NCBI GenBank assembly: GCA_964057225.1
Contig: OZ059897.1
Location: forward strand, 3,472,001-3,536,000
From: Auanema rhodensis
Taxonomy: Eukaryota; Animalia; Nematoda
Length of the DNA: 64,000 nucleotides
Direction of reading: 5' to 3'
The notes under the pieces are model-generated. The model ran no database searches. It was not told the origin of the DNA and was given only the letters and a program-made list of their open reading frames with translations. Below, piece after piece: positions 25,607 to 40,500 of this stretch (within the stretch, counting starts at the first letter, position 1; each line of letters opens with the position of its first letter). Both the position numbers and the translations under genes were made by a program.

Positions 25607-28600
25607 GTTTCTCATAGTAGTATAGTGCATTCGATGCGGATTTTTAAGTTGCGTTGATCTGTGTTATCAGATTTGAGTTAGCTTAAAAATGCACCGAGAT
25701 ATCAACTGATATATGTTCACACTTATATCCTCGATTTTCACCCTGAAGAAATGATTTTTTCGTTGAATAACATTGTCCATCATCTTCGTCTTGAAAAAAG
25801 GAATCTAAAAACATCTACTTTTTGTGAAATTATTTAGAAATTTTTCGGGAAAATTTTTGTCAAAATGTTTTTGGAAGCAATGTTGAGTGTACATGGGAAC
25901 TCAACATACACTAATGCATTATTTTTCAAACGATCATAACTAATTTTTGTATGGAGCGTTTCTCAATGTAGTATAGTGCATTCGATGCGGATTTTTAAGC
26001 TGCGTTGATCTGTGTTATCAGATTTGAGTTAACTTAAAAATGCACCGAGATATCAACTGATATAGGTTCACACTTATATCCTCGATTTTCACCCTGAAGA
26101 AATGATTTTTTCGTTGAAAAACATTGTCCATCGTCTTCGTCATGAAAAAAGGAATCTAAAAACATCTACTTTTTGTGAAATTATTCAGAAAATTTTCGGG
26201 AAAATTTTTGTCAAAATGTTTTTGGAAGCAATGTTGAGTGTACATGGGAACTCAACATACATTAATGCATTATTTTTCAAACGATCATAACTTATTTTTG
26301 TATAGAGCGTTTCTCAATGTAGTATAGTGCATTCGATGCGGATTTTTAAGCTGCGTCGATCTGTGTTATCCGATTTGAGCTAGCTTGAAAATGTACCGAG
26401 ATATCAACTGATATATGTTCACACTTATATCCTCGATTTTCACCCTGAAGAATTTATTTTTTCGTTGAATAACATTGTCCATCGTCTTCGCCTTGAAAGA
26501 AGGAATCTAAAAACATCTACTTTTTGTGAAATTATTTAGAAATTTTTCGGGAAAATTTTTGTCAAAATGTTTTTGGAAGCAATGTTGAGTGTACATGGGA
26601 ACTCAGCATACACTAATGCATTATTTTTCAAACGATAATAACTAATTTTTGTATGGAGCGTTTCTCAATGTAGTATAGTGCATTCGATGCGGATTTTTAA
26701 GCTGCGTTGATCTGTGTTATCAGATTTGAGTTAACTTAAAAATGCACCGAGATATCAACTGATATAGGTTCACACTTATATCCTCGATTTTCACCCTGAA
26801 GAAATGATTTTTTCGTTGAAAAACATTGTCCATCGTCTTCGTCATGAAAAAAGGAATCTAAAAACATCTACTTTTTGTGAAATTATTCAGAAAATTTTCG
26901 GGAAAATTTTTGTCAAAATGTTTTTGGAAGCAATGTTGAGTGTACATGGGAACTCAACATACACTAATGCATTATTTTTCAAACGATCATAACTAATTTT
27001 TGTATAGAGCGTTTCTCAATGTAGTATAGTGCATTCGATGCGGATTTTTAAGCTGCGTCGATCTGTGTTATCAGATTTGAGTTAGCTTAAAAATGCACCG
27101 AGATATCAACTGATATATGTTCACACTTATATCCTCGATTTTCACCCTGAAGAAATGATTTTTTCGTTGAATAACATTGTCCATCATCTTCGTCTTGAAA
27201 AAAGGAATCTAAAAACATCTACTTTTTGTGAAATTATTTAGAAATTTTTCGGGAAAATTTTTGTCAAAATGTTTTTGGAAGCAATGTTGAGTGTACATGG
27301 GAACTCAACATACACTAATGCATTATTTTTCAAACGATCATAACTAATTTTTGTATGGAGCGTTTCTCAATGTAGTATAGTGCATTCGATGCGGATTTTT
27401 AAGCTGCGTTGATCTGTGTTATCAGATTTGAGTTAACTTAAAAATGCACCGAGATATCAACTGATATAGGTTCACACTTATATCCTCGATTTTCACCCTG
27501 AAGAAATGATTTTTTCGTTGAAAAACATTGTCCATCGTCTTCGTCATGAAAAAAGGAATCTAAAAACATCTACTTTTTGTGAAATTATTCAGAAAATTTT
27601 CGGGAAAATTTTTGTCAAAATGTTTTTGGAAGCAATGTTGAGTGTACATGGGAACTCAACATACATTAATGCATTATTTTTCAAACGATCATAACTTATT
27701 TTTGTATAGAGCGTTTCTCATAGTAGTATAGTGCATTCGATGCGGATTTTTAAGCTGCGTCGATCTGTGTTATCCGATTTGAGCTAGCTTGAAAATGTAC
27801 CGAGATATCAACTGATATATGTTCACACTTATATCCTCGATTTTCACCCTGAAGAATTTATTTTTTCGTTGAATAACATTGTCCATCGTCTTCGCCTTGA
27901 AAGAAGGAATCTAAAAACATCTACTTTTTGTGAAATTATTTAGAAATTTTTCGGGAAAATTTTTGTCAAAATGTTTTTGGAAGCAATGTTGAGTGTACAT
28001 GGGAACTCAGCATACACTAATGCATTATTTTTCAAACGATAATAACTAATTTTTGTATAGAGCGTTTCTCATAGTAGTATAGTGCATTCGATGCGGATTT
28101 TTAAGTTGCGTTGATCTGTGTTATCAGATTTGAGTTAGCTTAAAAATGCACCGAGATATCAACTGATATATGTTCACACTTATATCCTCGATTTTCACCC
28201 TGAAGAAATGATTTTTTCGTTGAATAACATTGTCCATCATCTTCGTCTTGAAAAAAGGAATCTAAAAACATCTACTTTTTGTGAAATTATTTAGAAATTT
28301 TTCGGGAAAATTTTTGTCAAAATGTTTTTGGAAGCAATGTTGAGTGTACATGGGAACTCAACATACACTAATGCATTATTTTTCAAACGATCATAACTAA
28401 TTTTTGTATGGAGCGTTTCTCAATGTAGTATAGTGCATTCGATGCGGATTTTTAAGCTGCGTTGATCTGTGTTATCAGATTTGAGTTAACTTAAAAATGC
28501 ACCGAGATATCAACTGATATAGGTTCACACTTATATCCTCGATTTTCACCCTGAAGAAATGATTTTTTCGTTGAAAAACATTGTCCATCGTCTTCGTCAT

Positions 28601-31600
28601 GAAAAAAGGAATCTAAAAACATCTACTTTTTGTGAAATTATTCAGAAAATTTTCGGGAAAATTTTTGTCAAAATGTTTTTGGAAGCAATGTTGAGTGTAC
28701 ATGGGAACTCAACATACACTAATGCATTATTTTTCAAACGATCATAACTAATTTTTGTATAGAGCGTTTCTCAATGTAGTATAGTGCATTCGATGCGGAT
28801 TTTTAAGCTGCGTCGATCTGTGTTATCAGATTTGAGTTAGCTTAAAAATGCACCGAGATATCAACTGATATATGTTCACACTTATATCCTCGATTTTCAC
28901 CCTGAAGAAATGATTTTTTCGTTGAATAACATTGTCCATCATCTTCGTCTTGAAAAAAGGAATCTAAAAACATCTACTTTTTGTGAAATTATTTAGAAAT
29001 TTTTCGGAAAAATTTTTGTCAAAATGTTTTTGGAAGCAATGTTGAGTGTACATGGGAACTCAACATACACTAATGCATTATTTTTCAAACGATCATAACT
29101 AATTTTTGTAAATAGCGTTTCTCGATGTAGTATAGTGCATTCGATGCGGATTTTTAAGCTGCGTTGATCTGTGTTATCAGATTTGAGTTAACTTAAAAAT
29201 GCACCGAGATATCAACTGATATAGGTTCACACTTATATCCTCGATTTTCACCCTGAAGAAATGATTTTTTCGTTGAAAAACATTGTCCATCGTCTTCGTC
29301 ATGAAAAAAGGAATCTAAAAACATCTACTTTTTGTGAAATTATTCAGAAATTTTTCGGGAAAATTTTTGTCAAAATGTTTTTGGAAGCAATGTTGAGTGT
29401 ACATGGGAACTCAACATACACTACTGCATCATTTTTCAAACGATCATAACTAATTTTTGTATAGAGCGTTTCTCAATGTAGTATAGTGCATTCGATGCGG
29501 ATTTTTAAGCTGCGTTGATCTGTGTTATCAGATTTGAGTTAACTTAAAAATGCACCGAGATATCAACTGATATATGTTCACACTTATATCCTCGATTTTC
29601 ACCCTGAAGAAATGATTTTTTCGTTGAATAACATTGTCCATCGTCTTCGTCATGAAAAAAGGAATCTAAAAACATCTACTTTTTGTGAAATTATTCAGAA
29701 AATTTTCGGGAAAATTTTTGTCAAAATGTTTTTGGAAGCAATGTTGAGTGTACATGGGAACTCAACATACACTAATGCATTATTTTTCAAACGATCATAA
29801 CTAATTTTTGTATAGAGCGTTTCTCAATGTAGTATAGTGCATTCGATGCGGATTTTTAAGCTGCGTCGATCTGTGTTATCAGATTTGAGTTAGCTTAAAA
29901 ATGCACCGAGATATCAACTGATATATGTTCACACTTATATCCTCGATTTTCACCCTGAAGAAATGATTTTTTCGTTGAATAACATTGTCCATCATCTTCG
30001 TCTTGAAAAAAGGAATCTAAAAACATCTACTTTTTGTGAAATTATTTAGAAATTTTTCGGAAAAATTTTTGTCAAAATGTTTTTGGAAGCAATGTTGAGT
30101 GTACATGGGAACTCAACATACACTAATGCATTATTTTTCAAACGATCATAACTAATTTTTGTAAATAGCGTTTCTCGATGTAGTATAGTGCATTCGATGC
30201 GGATTTTTAAGCTGCGTTGATCTGTGTTATCAGATTTGAGTTAACTTAAAAATGCACCGAGATATCAACTGATATAGGTTCACACTTATATCCTCGATTT
30301 TCACCCTGAAGAAATGATTTTTTCGTTGAAAAACATTGTCCATCGTCTTCGTCATGAAAAAAGGAATCTAAAAACATCTACTTTTTGTGAAATTATTCAG
30401 AAATTTTTCGGGAAAATTTTTGTCAAAATGTTTTTGGAAGCAATGTTGAGTGTACATGGGAACTCAACATACACTACTGCATCATTTTTCAAACGATCAT
30501 AACTAATTTTTGTATAGAGCGTTTCTCAATGTAGTATAGTGCATTCGATGCGGATTTTTAAGCTGCGTTGATCTGTGTTATCAGATTTGAGTTAACTTAA
30601 AAATGCACCGAGATATCAACTGATATAGGTTCACACTTATATCCTCGATTTTCACCCTGAAGAAATGATTTTTTCGTTGAAAAACATTGTCCATCGTCTT
30701 CGTCATGAAAAAAGGAATCTAAAAACATCTACTTTTTGTGAAATTATTCAGAAAATTTTCGGGAAAATTTTTGTCAAAATGTTTTTGGAAGCAATGTTGA
30801 GTGTACATGGGAACTCAACATACACTAATGCATTATTTTTCAAACGATCATAACTAATTTTTGTATAGAGCGTTTCTCAATGTAGTATAGTGCATTCGAT
30901 GCGGATTTTTAAGCTGCGTCGATCTGTGTTATCAGATTTGAGTTAGCTTAAAAATGCACCGAGATATCAACTGATATATGTTCACACTTATATCCTCGAT
31001 TTTCACCCTGAAGAAATGATTTTTTCGTTGAATAACATTGTCCATCATCTTCGTCTTGAAAAAAGGAATCTAAAAACATCTACTTTTTGTGAAATTATTT
31101 AGAAATTTTTCGGAAAAATTTTTGTCAAAATGTTTTTGGAAGCAATGTTGAGTGTACATGGGAACTCAACATACACTAATGCATTATTTTTCAAACGATC
31201 ATAACTAATTTTTGTAAATAGCGTTTCTCGATGTAGTATAGTGCATTCGATGCGGATTTTTAAGCTGCGTTGATCTGTGTTATCAGATTTGAGTTAACTT
31301 AAAAATGCACCGAGATATCAACTGATATAGGTTCACACTTATATCCTCGATTTTCACCCTGAAGAAATGATTTTTTCGTTGAAAAACATTGTCCATCGTC
31401 TTCGTCATGAAAAAAGGAATCTAAAAACATCTACTTTTTGTGAAATTATTCAGAAATTTTTCGGGAAAATTTTTGTCAAAATGTTTTTGGAAGCAATGTT
31501 GAGTGTACATGGGAACTCAACATACACTACTGCATCATTTTTCAAACGATCATAACTAATTTTTGTAAATAGCGTTTCTCGATGTAGTATAGTGCATTCG

Positions 31601-31924
31601 ATGCGGATTTTTAAGCTGCGTTGATCTGTGTTATCAGATTTGAGTTAACTTAAAAATGCACCGAGATATCAACTGATATAGGTTCACACTTATATCCTCG
31701 ATTTTCACCCTGAAGAAATGATTTTTTCGTTGAAAAACATTGTCCATCGTCTTCGTCATGAAAAAAGGAATCTAAAAACATCTACTTTTTGTGAAATTAT
31801 TCAGAAATTTTTCGGGAAAATTTTTGTCAAAATGTTTTTGGAAGCAATGTTGAGTGTACATGGGAACTCAACATACACTACTGCATCATTTTTCAAACGA
31901 TCATAACTAATTTTTGTATAGAGC

Positions 31925-34900
31925 GTTTCTCAATGTAGTATAGTGCATTCGATGCGGATTTTTAAGCTGCGTTGATCTGTGTTATCAGATTTGAGTTAAC
32001 TTAAAAATGCACCGAGATATCAACTGATATATGTTCACACTTATATCCTCGATTTTCACCCTGAAGAAATGATTTTTTCGTTGAATAACATTGTCCATCG
32101 TCTTCGTCTTGAAAAAAGGAATCCAAAAACATCTACTTTTTGTAAAATTATTTAGAAATTTTTCGGGAAAATTTTTGTCAAAATGTTTTTGGAAGCAATG
32201 TTGAGTGTACATGGGAACTCAACATACACTAATGCATTATTTTTCAAACGATCATAACTAATTTTTGTATAGAGCGTTTCTCAATGTAGTATAGTGCATT
32301 CGATGCGGATTTTTAAGCTGCGTCGATCTGTGTTATCAGATTTGAGTTAGCTTAAAAATGCACCGAGATATCAACTGATATATGTTCACACTTATATCCT
32401 CGATTTTCACCCTGAAGAAATGATTTTTTCGTTGAATAACATTGTCCATCATCTTCGTCTTGAAAAAAGGAATCTAAAAACATCTACTTTTTGTGAAATT
32501 ATTTAGAAATTTTTCGGAAAAATTTTTGTCAAAATGTTTTTGGAAGCAATGTTGAGTGTACATGGGAACTCAACATACACTAATGCATTATTTTTCAAAC
32601 GATCATAACTAATTTTTGTATAGAGCGTTTCTCAATGTAGTATAGTGCATTCGATGCGGATTTTTAAGCTGCGTTGATCTGTGTTATCAGATTTGAGTTA
32701 ACTTAAAAATGCACCGAGATATCAACTGATATATGTTCACACTTATATCCTCGATTTTCACCCTGAAGAAATGATTTTTTCGTTGAATAACATTGTCCAT
32801 CGTCTTCGTCTTGAAAAATGGAATCCAAAAACATCTACTTTTTGTAAAATTATTTAGAAATTTTTCGGGAAAATTTTTGTCAAAATGTTTTTGGAAGCAA
32901 TGTTGAGTGTACATGGGAACTCAACATACACTAATGCATTATTTTTCAAACGATCATAACTAATTTTTGTATAGAGCGTTTCTCAATGTAGTATAGTGCA
33001 TTCGATGCGGATTTTTAAGCTGCGTCGATCTGTGTTATCAGATTTGAGTTAGCTTAAAAATGCACCGAGATATCAACTGATATATGTTCACACTTATATC
33101 CTCGATTTTCACCCTGAAGAAATGATTTTTTCGTTGAAAAACATTGTCCATCATCTTCGTCTTGAAAAAAGGAATCTAAAAACATCTACTTTTTGTGAAA
33201 TTATTTAGAAATTTTTCGGAAAAAATGTTTGTCAAAATGTTTTTGGAAGCAATGTTGAGTGTACATGGGAACTCAACATACACTAATGCATTATTTTTCA
33301 AACGATCATAACTAATTTTTGTAAATAGCGTTTCTCGATGTAGTATAGTGCATTCGATGCGGATTTTTAAGCTGCGTTGATCTGTGTTATCAGATTTGAG
33401 TTAACTTAAAAATGCACCGAGATATCAACTGATATAGGTTCACACTTATATCCTCGATTTTCACCCTGAAGAAATGATTTTTTCGTTGAAAAACATTGTC
33501 CATCGTCTTCGTCATGAAAAAAGGAATCTAAAAACATCTACTTTTTGTGAAATTATTCAGAAATTTTTCGGGAAAATTTTTGTCAAAATGTTTTTGGAAG
33601 CAATGTTGAGTGTACATGGGAACTCAACATACACTACTGCATCATTTTTCAAACGATCATAACTAATTTTTGTATAGAGCGTTTCTCAATGTAGTATAGT
33701 GCATTCGATGCGGATTTTTAAGCTGCGTTGATCTGTGTTATCAGATTTGAGTTAACTTAAAAATGCACCGAGATATCAACTGATATATGTTCACACTTAT
33801 ATCCTCGATTTTCACCCTGAAGAAATGATTTTTTCGTTGAATAACATTGTCCATCGTCTTCGTCTTGAAAAAAGGAATCCAAAAACATCTACTTTTTGTA
33901 AAATTATTTAGAAATTTTTCGGGAAAATTTTTGTCAAAATGTTTTTGGAAGCAATGTTGAGTGTACATGGGAACTCAACATACACTAATGCATTATTTTT
34001 CAAACGATCATAACTAATTTTTGTATAGAGCGTTTCTCAATGTAGTATAGTGCATTCGATGCGGATTTTTAAGCTGCGTTGATCTGTGTTATCAGATTTG
34101 AGTTAACTTAAAAATGCACCGAGATATCAACTGATATATGTTCACACTTATATCCTCGATTTTCACCATGAAGAAATGATTTTTTCGTTGAAAAACATTG
34201 TCCATCGTATTCGTCTTGAAAAAAGGAATCTAAAAACATCTACTTTTTGTGAAATTATTTAGAAATTTTTCGGGAAAATTTTTGTCAAAATGTTTTTGGA
34301 AGCAATGTTTGAATGTACATGGGAACTCAACATTCACTAATGCATTATTTTTCAAACGATCATAACTAATTTTTGTATGGAGCGTTTCTCAATGTAGTAT
34401 AGTGCATTCGATGCGGATTTTTAAGCTGCGTTGATCTGTGTTATCAGATTTGAGTTAACTTAAAAATGCACCGAGATATCAACTGATATAGGTTCACACT
34501 TATATCCTCGATTTTCACCCTGAAGAAATGATTTTTTCGTTGAAAAACATTGTCCATCGTCTTCGTCATGAAAAAAGGAATCTAAAAACATCTACTTTTT
34601 GTGAAATTATTCAGAAAATTTTCGGGAAAATTTTTGTCAAAATGTTTTTGGAAGCAATGTTGAGTGTACATGGGAACTCAACATACACTAATGCATTATT
34701 TTTCAAACGATCATAACTAATTTTTGTATGGAGCGTTTCTCAATGTAGTATAGTGCATTCGATGCGGATTTTTAAGCTGCGTTGATCTGTGTTATCAGAT
34801 TTGAGTTAACTTAAAAATGCACCGAGATATCAACTGATATATGTTCACACTTATATCCTCGATTTTCACCCTGAAGAAATGATTTTTTCGTTGAATAACA

Positions 34901-37543
34901 TTGTCCATCGTCTTCGTCTTGAAAAAAGGAATCCAAAAACATCTACTTTTTGTAAAATTATTTAGAAATTTTTCGGGAAAATTTTTGTCAAAATGTTTTT
35001 GGAAGCAATGTTGAGTGTACATGGGAACTCAACATACACTAATGCATTATTTTTCAAACGATCATAACTAATTTTTGTATAGAGCGTTTCTCAATGTAGT
35101 ATAGTGCATTCGATGCGGATTTTTAAGCTGCGTCGATCTGTGTTATCAGATTTGAGTTAGCTTAAAAATGCACCGAGATATCAACTGATATATGTTCACA
35201 CTTATATCCTCGATTTTCACCCTGAAGAAATGATTTTTTCGTTGAATAACATTGTCCATCATCTTCGTCTTGAAAAAAGGAATCTAAAAACATCTACTTT
35301 TTGTGAAATTATTTAGAAATTTTTCGGAAAAATTTTTGTCAAAATGTTTTTGGAAGCAATGTTGAGTGTACATGGGAACTCAACATACACTAATGCATTA
35401 TTTTTCAAACGATCATAACTAATTTTTGTATAGAGCGTTTCTCAATGTAGTATAGTGCATTCGATGCGGATTTTTAAGCTGCGTTGATCTGTGTTATCAG
35501 ATTTGAGTTAACTTAAAAATGCACCGAGATATCAACTGATATATGTTCACACTTATATCCTCGATTTTCACCCTGAAGAAATGATTTTTTCGTTGAATAA
35601 CATTGTCCATCGTCTTCGTCTTGAAAAAAGGAATCCAAAAACATCTACTTTTTGTAAAATTATTTAGAAATTTTTCGGGAAAATTTTTGTCAAAATGTTT
35701 TTGGAAGCAATGTTGAGTGTACATGGGAACTCAACATACACTAATGCATTATTTTTCAAACGATCATAACTAATTTTTGTATAGAGCGTTTCTCAATGTA
35801 GTATAGTGCATTCGATGCGGATTTTTAAGCTGCGTCGATCTGTGTTATCAGATTTGAGTTAGCTTAAAAATGCACCGAGATATCAACTGATATATGTTCA
35901 CACTTATATCCTCGATTTTCACCCTGAAGAAATGATTTTTTCGTTGAATAACATTGTCCATCATCTTCGTCTTGAAAAAAGGAATCTAAAAACATCTACT
36001 TTTTGTGAAATTATTTAGAAATGTTTCGGAAAAATTTTTGTCAAAATGTTTTTGGAAGCAATGTTGAGTGTACATGGGAACTCAACATACACTAATGCAT
36101 TATTTTTCAAACGATCATAACTAATTTTTGTAAATAGCGTTTCTCGATGTAGTATAGTGCATTCGATGCGGATTTTTAAGCTGCGTTGATCTGTGTTATC
36201 AGATTTGAGTTAACTTAAAAATGCACCGAGATATCAACTGATATAGGTTCACACTTATATCCTCGATTTTCACCCTGAAGAAATGATTTTTTCGTTGAAA
36301 AACATTGTCCATCGTCTTCGTCATGAAAAAAGGAATCTAAAAACATCTTTTTTTTGTGAAATTATTCAGAAATTTTTCGGGAAAATTTTTGTCAAAATGT
36401 TTTTGGAAGCAATGTTGAGTGTACATGGGAACTCAACATACACTACTGCATCATTTTTCAAACGATCATAACTAAATTTTGTATAGAGCGTTTCTCAATG
36501 TAGTATAGTGCATTCGATGCGGATTTTTAAGCTGCGTTGATCTGTGTTATCAGATTTGAGTTAACTTAAAAATGCACCGAGATATCAACTGATATATGTT
36601 CACACTTATATCCTCGATTTTCACCCTGAAGAAATGATTTTTTCGTTGAATAACATTGTCCATCGTCTTCGTCTTGAAAAAAGGAATCCAAAAACATCTA
36701 CTTTTTGTAAAATTATTTAGAAATTTTTCGGGAAAATTTTTGTCAAAATGTTTTTGGAAGCAATGTTGAGTGTACATGGGAACTCAACATACACTAATGC
36801 ATTATTTTTCAAACGATCATAACTAATTTTTGTATAGAGCGTTTCTCAATGTAGTATAGTGCATTCGATGCGGATTTTTAAGCTGCGTTGATCTGTGTTA
36901 TCAGATTTGAGTTAACTTAAAAATGCACCGAGATATCAACTGATATATGTTCACACTTATATCCTCGATTTTCACCCTGAAGAAATGATTTTTTCGTTGA
37001 AAAACATTGTCCATCGTATTCGTCTTGAAAAAAGGAATCTAAAAACATCTACTTTTTGTGAAATTATTTAGAAATTTTTCGGGAAAATTTTTGTCAAAAT
37101 GTTTTTGGAAGCAATGTTTGAATGTACATGGGAACTCAACATTCACTAATGCATTATTTTTCAAACGATCATAACTAATTTTTGTATGGAGCGTTTCTCA
37201 ATGTAGTATAGTGCATTCGATGCGGATTTTTAAGCTGCGTTGATCTGTGTTATCAGATTTGAGTTAACTTAAAAATGCACCGAGATATCAACTGATATAG
37301 GTTCACACTTATATCCTCGATTTTCACCCTGAAGAAATGATTTTCTCGTTGAAAAACATTGTCCATCGTCTTCGTCATGAAAAAAGGAATCTAAAAACAT
37401 CTACTTTTTGTGAAATTATTCAGAAAATTTTCGGGAAAATTTTTGTCAAAATGTTTTTGGAAGCAATGTTGAGTGTACATGGGAACTCAACATACACTAA
37501 TGCATTATTTTTCAAACGATCATAACTAATTTTTGTATGGAGC
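31925..37543. repeat. 8-monomer HOR (2809-2810 bp), two copies
   Basis: ORF pairs 31985/34795 and 32687/35497 are 2810 apart, and 33474/36283, 33741/36550 and 34528/37337 are 2809 apart. Each copy has three GAATCCAAAA/TGTAAAATT monomers. Confidence 0.88.
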
Positions 37544-40500
37544 GTTTCTCAATGTAGTATAGTGCATTCGATGCGGATTTTTAAGCTGCGTTGATCTGTG
37601 TTATCAGATTTGAGTTAACTTAAAAATGCACCGAGATATCAACTGATATAGGTTCACACTTATATCCTCGATTTTCACCCTGAAGAAATGATTTTTTCGT
37701 TGAAAAACATTGTCCATCGTCTTCGTCATGAAAAAAGGAATCTAAAAACATCTACTTTTTGTGAAATTATTCAGAAAATTTTCGGGAAAATTTTTGTCAA
37801 AATGTTTTTGGAAGCAATGTTGAGTGTACATGGGAACTCAACATACACTAATGCATTATTTTTCAAACGATCATAACTAATTTTTGTATAGAGCGTTTCT
37901 CAATGTAGTATAGTGCATTCGATGCGGATTTTTAAGCTGCGTCGATCTGCGTTATCAGATTTGAGTTAGCTTAAAAATGCACCGAGATATCAACTGATAT
38001 ATGTTCACACTTATATCCTCGATTTTCACCCTGAAGAAATGATTTTTTCGTTGAAAAACATTGTCCATCGTATTCGTCTTGAAAAAAGGAATCTAAAAAC
38101 ATCTACTTTTTGGGAAATTATTTAGAAATTTTTCGGGAAAATTTTTGTCAAAATGTTTTTGGAAGCAATGTTGAGTGTACATGGGAACTCAACATACACT
38201 AATGCATTATTTTTCAAACGATCATAACTAATTTTTGTATAGAGCGTTTCTCAATGTAGTATAGTGCATTCGATGCGGATTTTTAAGCTGCGTTGATCTG
38301 TGTTATCAGATTTGAGTTAACTTAAAAATGCATCGAGATATCAACTGATATATGTTCACACTTATATCCTCGATTTTCACCCTGAAGAAATGATTTTTTC
38401 GTTGAAAAACATTGTCCATCGTATTCGTCTTGAAAAAAGGAATCTAAAAACATCTACTTTTTGTGAAATTATTTAGAAATTTTTCGGGAAAATTTTTGTC
38501 AAAATGTTTTTGGAAGCAATGTTTGAATGTACATGGGAACTCAACATTCACTAATGCATTATTTTTCAAACGATCATAACTAATTTTTGTATGGAGCTTT
38601 TCTCAATGTAGTATAGTGCATTCGATGCGGATTTTTAAGCTGCGTTGATCTGTGTTATCAGATTTGAGTTAACTTAAAAATGCACCGAGATATCAACTGA
38701 TATAGGTTCACACTTATATCCTCGATTTTCACCCTGAAGAAATGATTTTTTCGTTGAAAAACATTGTCCATCGTCTTCGTCATGAAAAAAGGAATCTAAA
38801 AACATCTACTTTTTGTGAAATTATTCAGAAAATTTTCGGGAAAATTTTTGTCAAAATGTTTTTGGAAGCAATGTTGAGTGTACATGGGAACTCAACATAC
38901 ACTAATGCATTATTTTTCAAACGATCATAACTAATTTTTGTATGGAGCGTTTCTCAATGTAGTATAGTGCATTCGATGCGGATTTTTAAGCTGCGTTGAT
39001 CTGTGTTATCAGATTTGAGTTAACTTAAAAATGCACCGAGATATCAACTGATATATGTTCACACTTATATCCTCGATTTTCACCCTGAAGAAATGATTTT
39101 TTCGTTGAAAAACATTGTCCATCGTATTCGTCTTGAAAAAAGGAATCTAAAAACATCTACTTTTTGTGAAATTATTTAGAAATTTTTCGGGAAAATTTTT
39201 GTCAAAATGTTTTTGGAAGCAATGTTTGAATGTACATGGGAACTCAACATTCACTAATGCATTATTTTTCAAACGATCATAACTAATTTTTGTATGGAGC
39301 TTTTCTCAATGTAGTATAGTGCATTCGATGCGGATTTTTAAGCTGCGTTGATCTGTGTTATCAGATTTGAGTTAACTTAAAAATGCACCGAGATATCAAC
39401 TGATATAGGTTCACACTTATATCCTCGATTTTCACCCTGAAGAAATGATTTTTTCGTTGAAAAACATTGTCCATCGTCTTCGTCATGAAAAAAGGAATCT
39501 AAAAACATCTACTTTTTGTGAAATTATTCAGAAAATTTTCGGGAAAATTTTTGTCAAAATGTTTTTGGAAGCAATGTTGAGTGTACATGGGAACTCAACA
39601 TACACTAATGCATTATTTTTCAAACGATCATAACTAATTTTTGTATAGAGCGTTTCTCAATGTAGTATAGTGCATTCGATGCGGATTTTTAAGCTGCGTC
39701 GATCTGCGTTATCAGATTTGAGTTAGCTTAAAAATGCACCGAGATATCAACTGATATATGTTCACACTTATATCCTCGATTTTCACCCTGAAGAAATGAT
39801 TTTTTCGTTGAATAACATTGTCCATCATCTTCGTCTTGAAAAAAGGAATCTAAAAACATCTACTTTTTGTGAAATTATTTAGAAATTTTTCGGAAAAATT
39901 TTTGTCAAAATGTTTTTGGAAGCAATGTTGAGTGTACATGGGAACTCAACATACACTAATGCATTATTTTTCGAACGATCATAACTAATTTTTGTAAATA
40001 GCGTTTCTCGATGTAGTATAGTGCATTCGATGCGGATTTTTAAGCTGCGTTGATCTGTGTTATCAGATTTGAGTTAACTTAAAAATGCACCGAGATATTA
40101 ACTGATATAGGTTCACACTTATATCCTCGATTTTCACCCTGAAGAAATGATTTTTTCGTTGAAAAACATTGTCCATCGTCTTCGTCATGAAAAAAGGAAT
40201 CTAAAAACATCTACTTTTTGTGAAATTATTCAGAAATTTTTCGGGAAAATTTTTGTCAAAATGTTTTTGGAAGCAATGTTGAGTGTACATGGGAACTCAA
40301 CATACACTACTGCATCATTTTTCAAACGATCATAACTAATTTTTGTATAGAGCGTTTCTCGATGTAGTATAGTGCATTCGATGCGGATTTTTAAGCTGCG
40401 TTGATCTGTGTTATCAGATTTGAGTTAACTTAAAAATGCACCGAGATATCAACTGATATAGGTTCACACGTATATCCTCGATTTTCACCCTGAAGAAATG

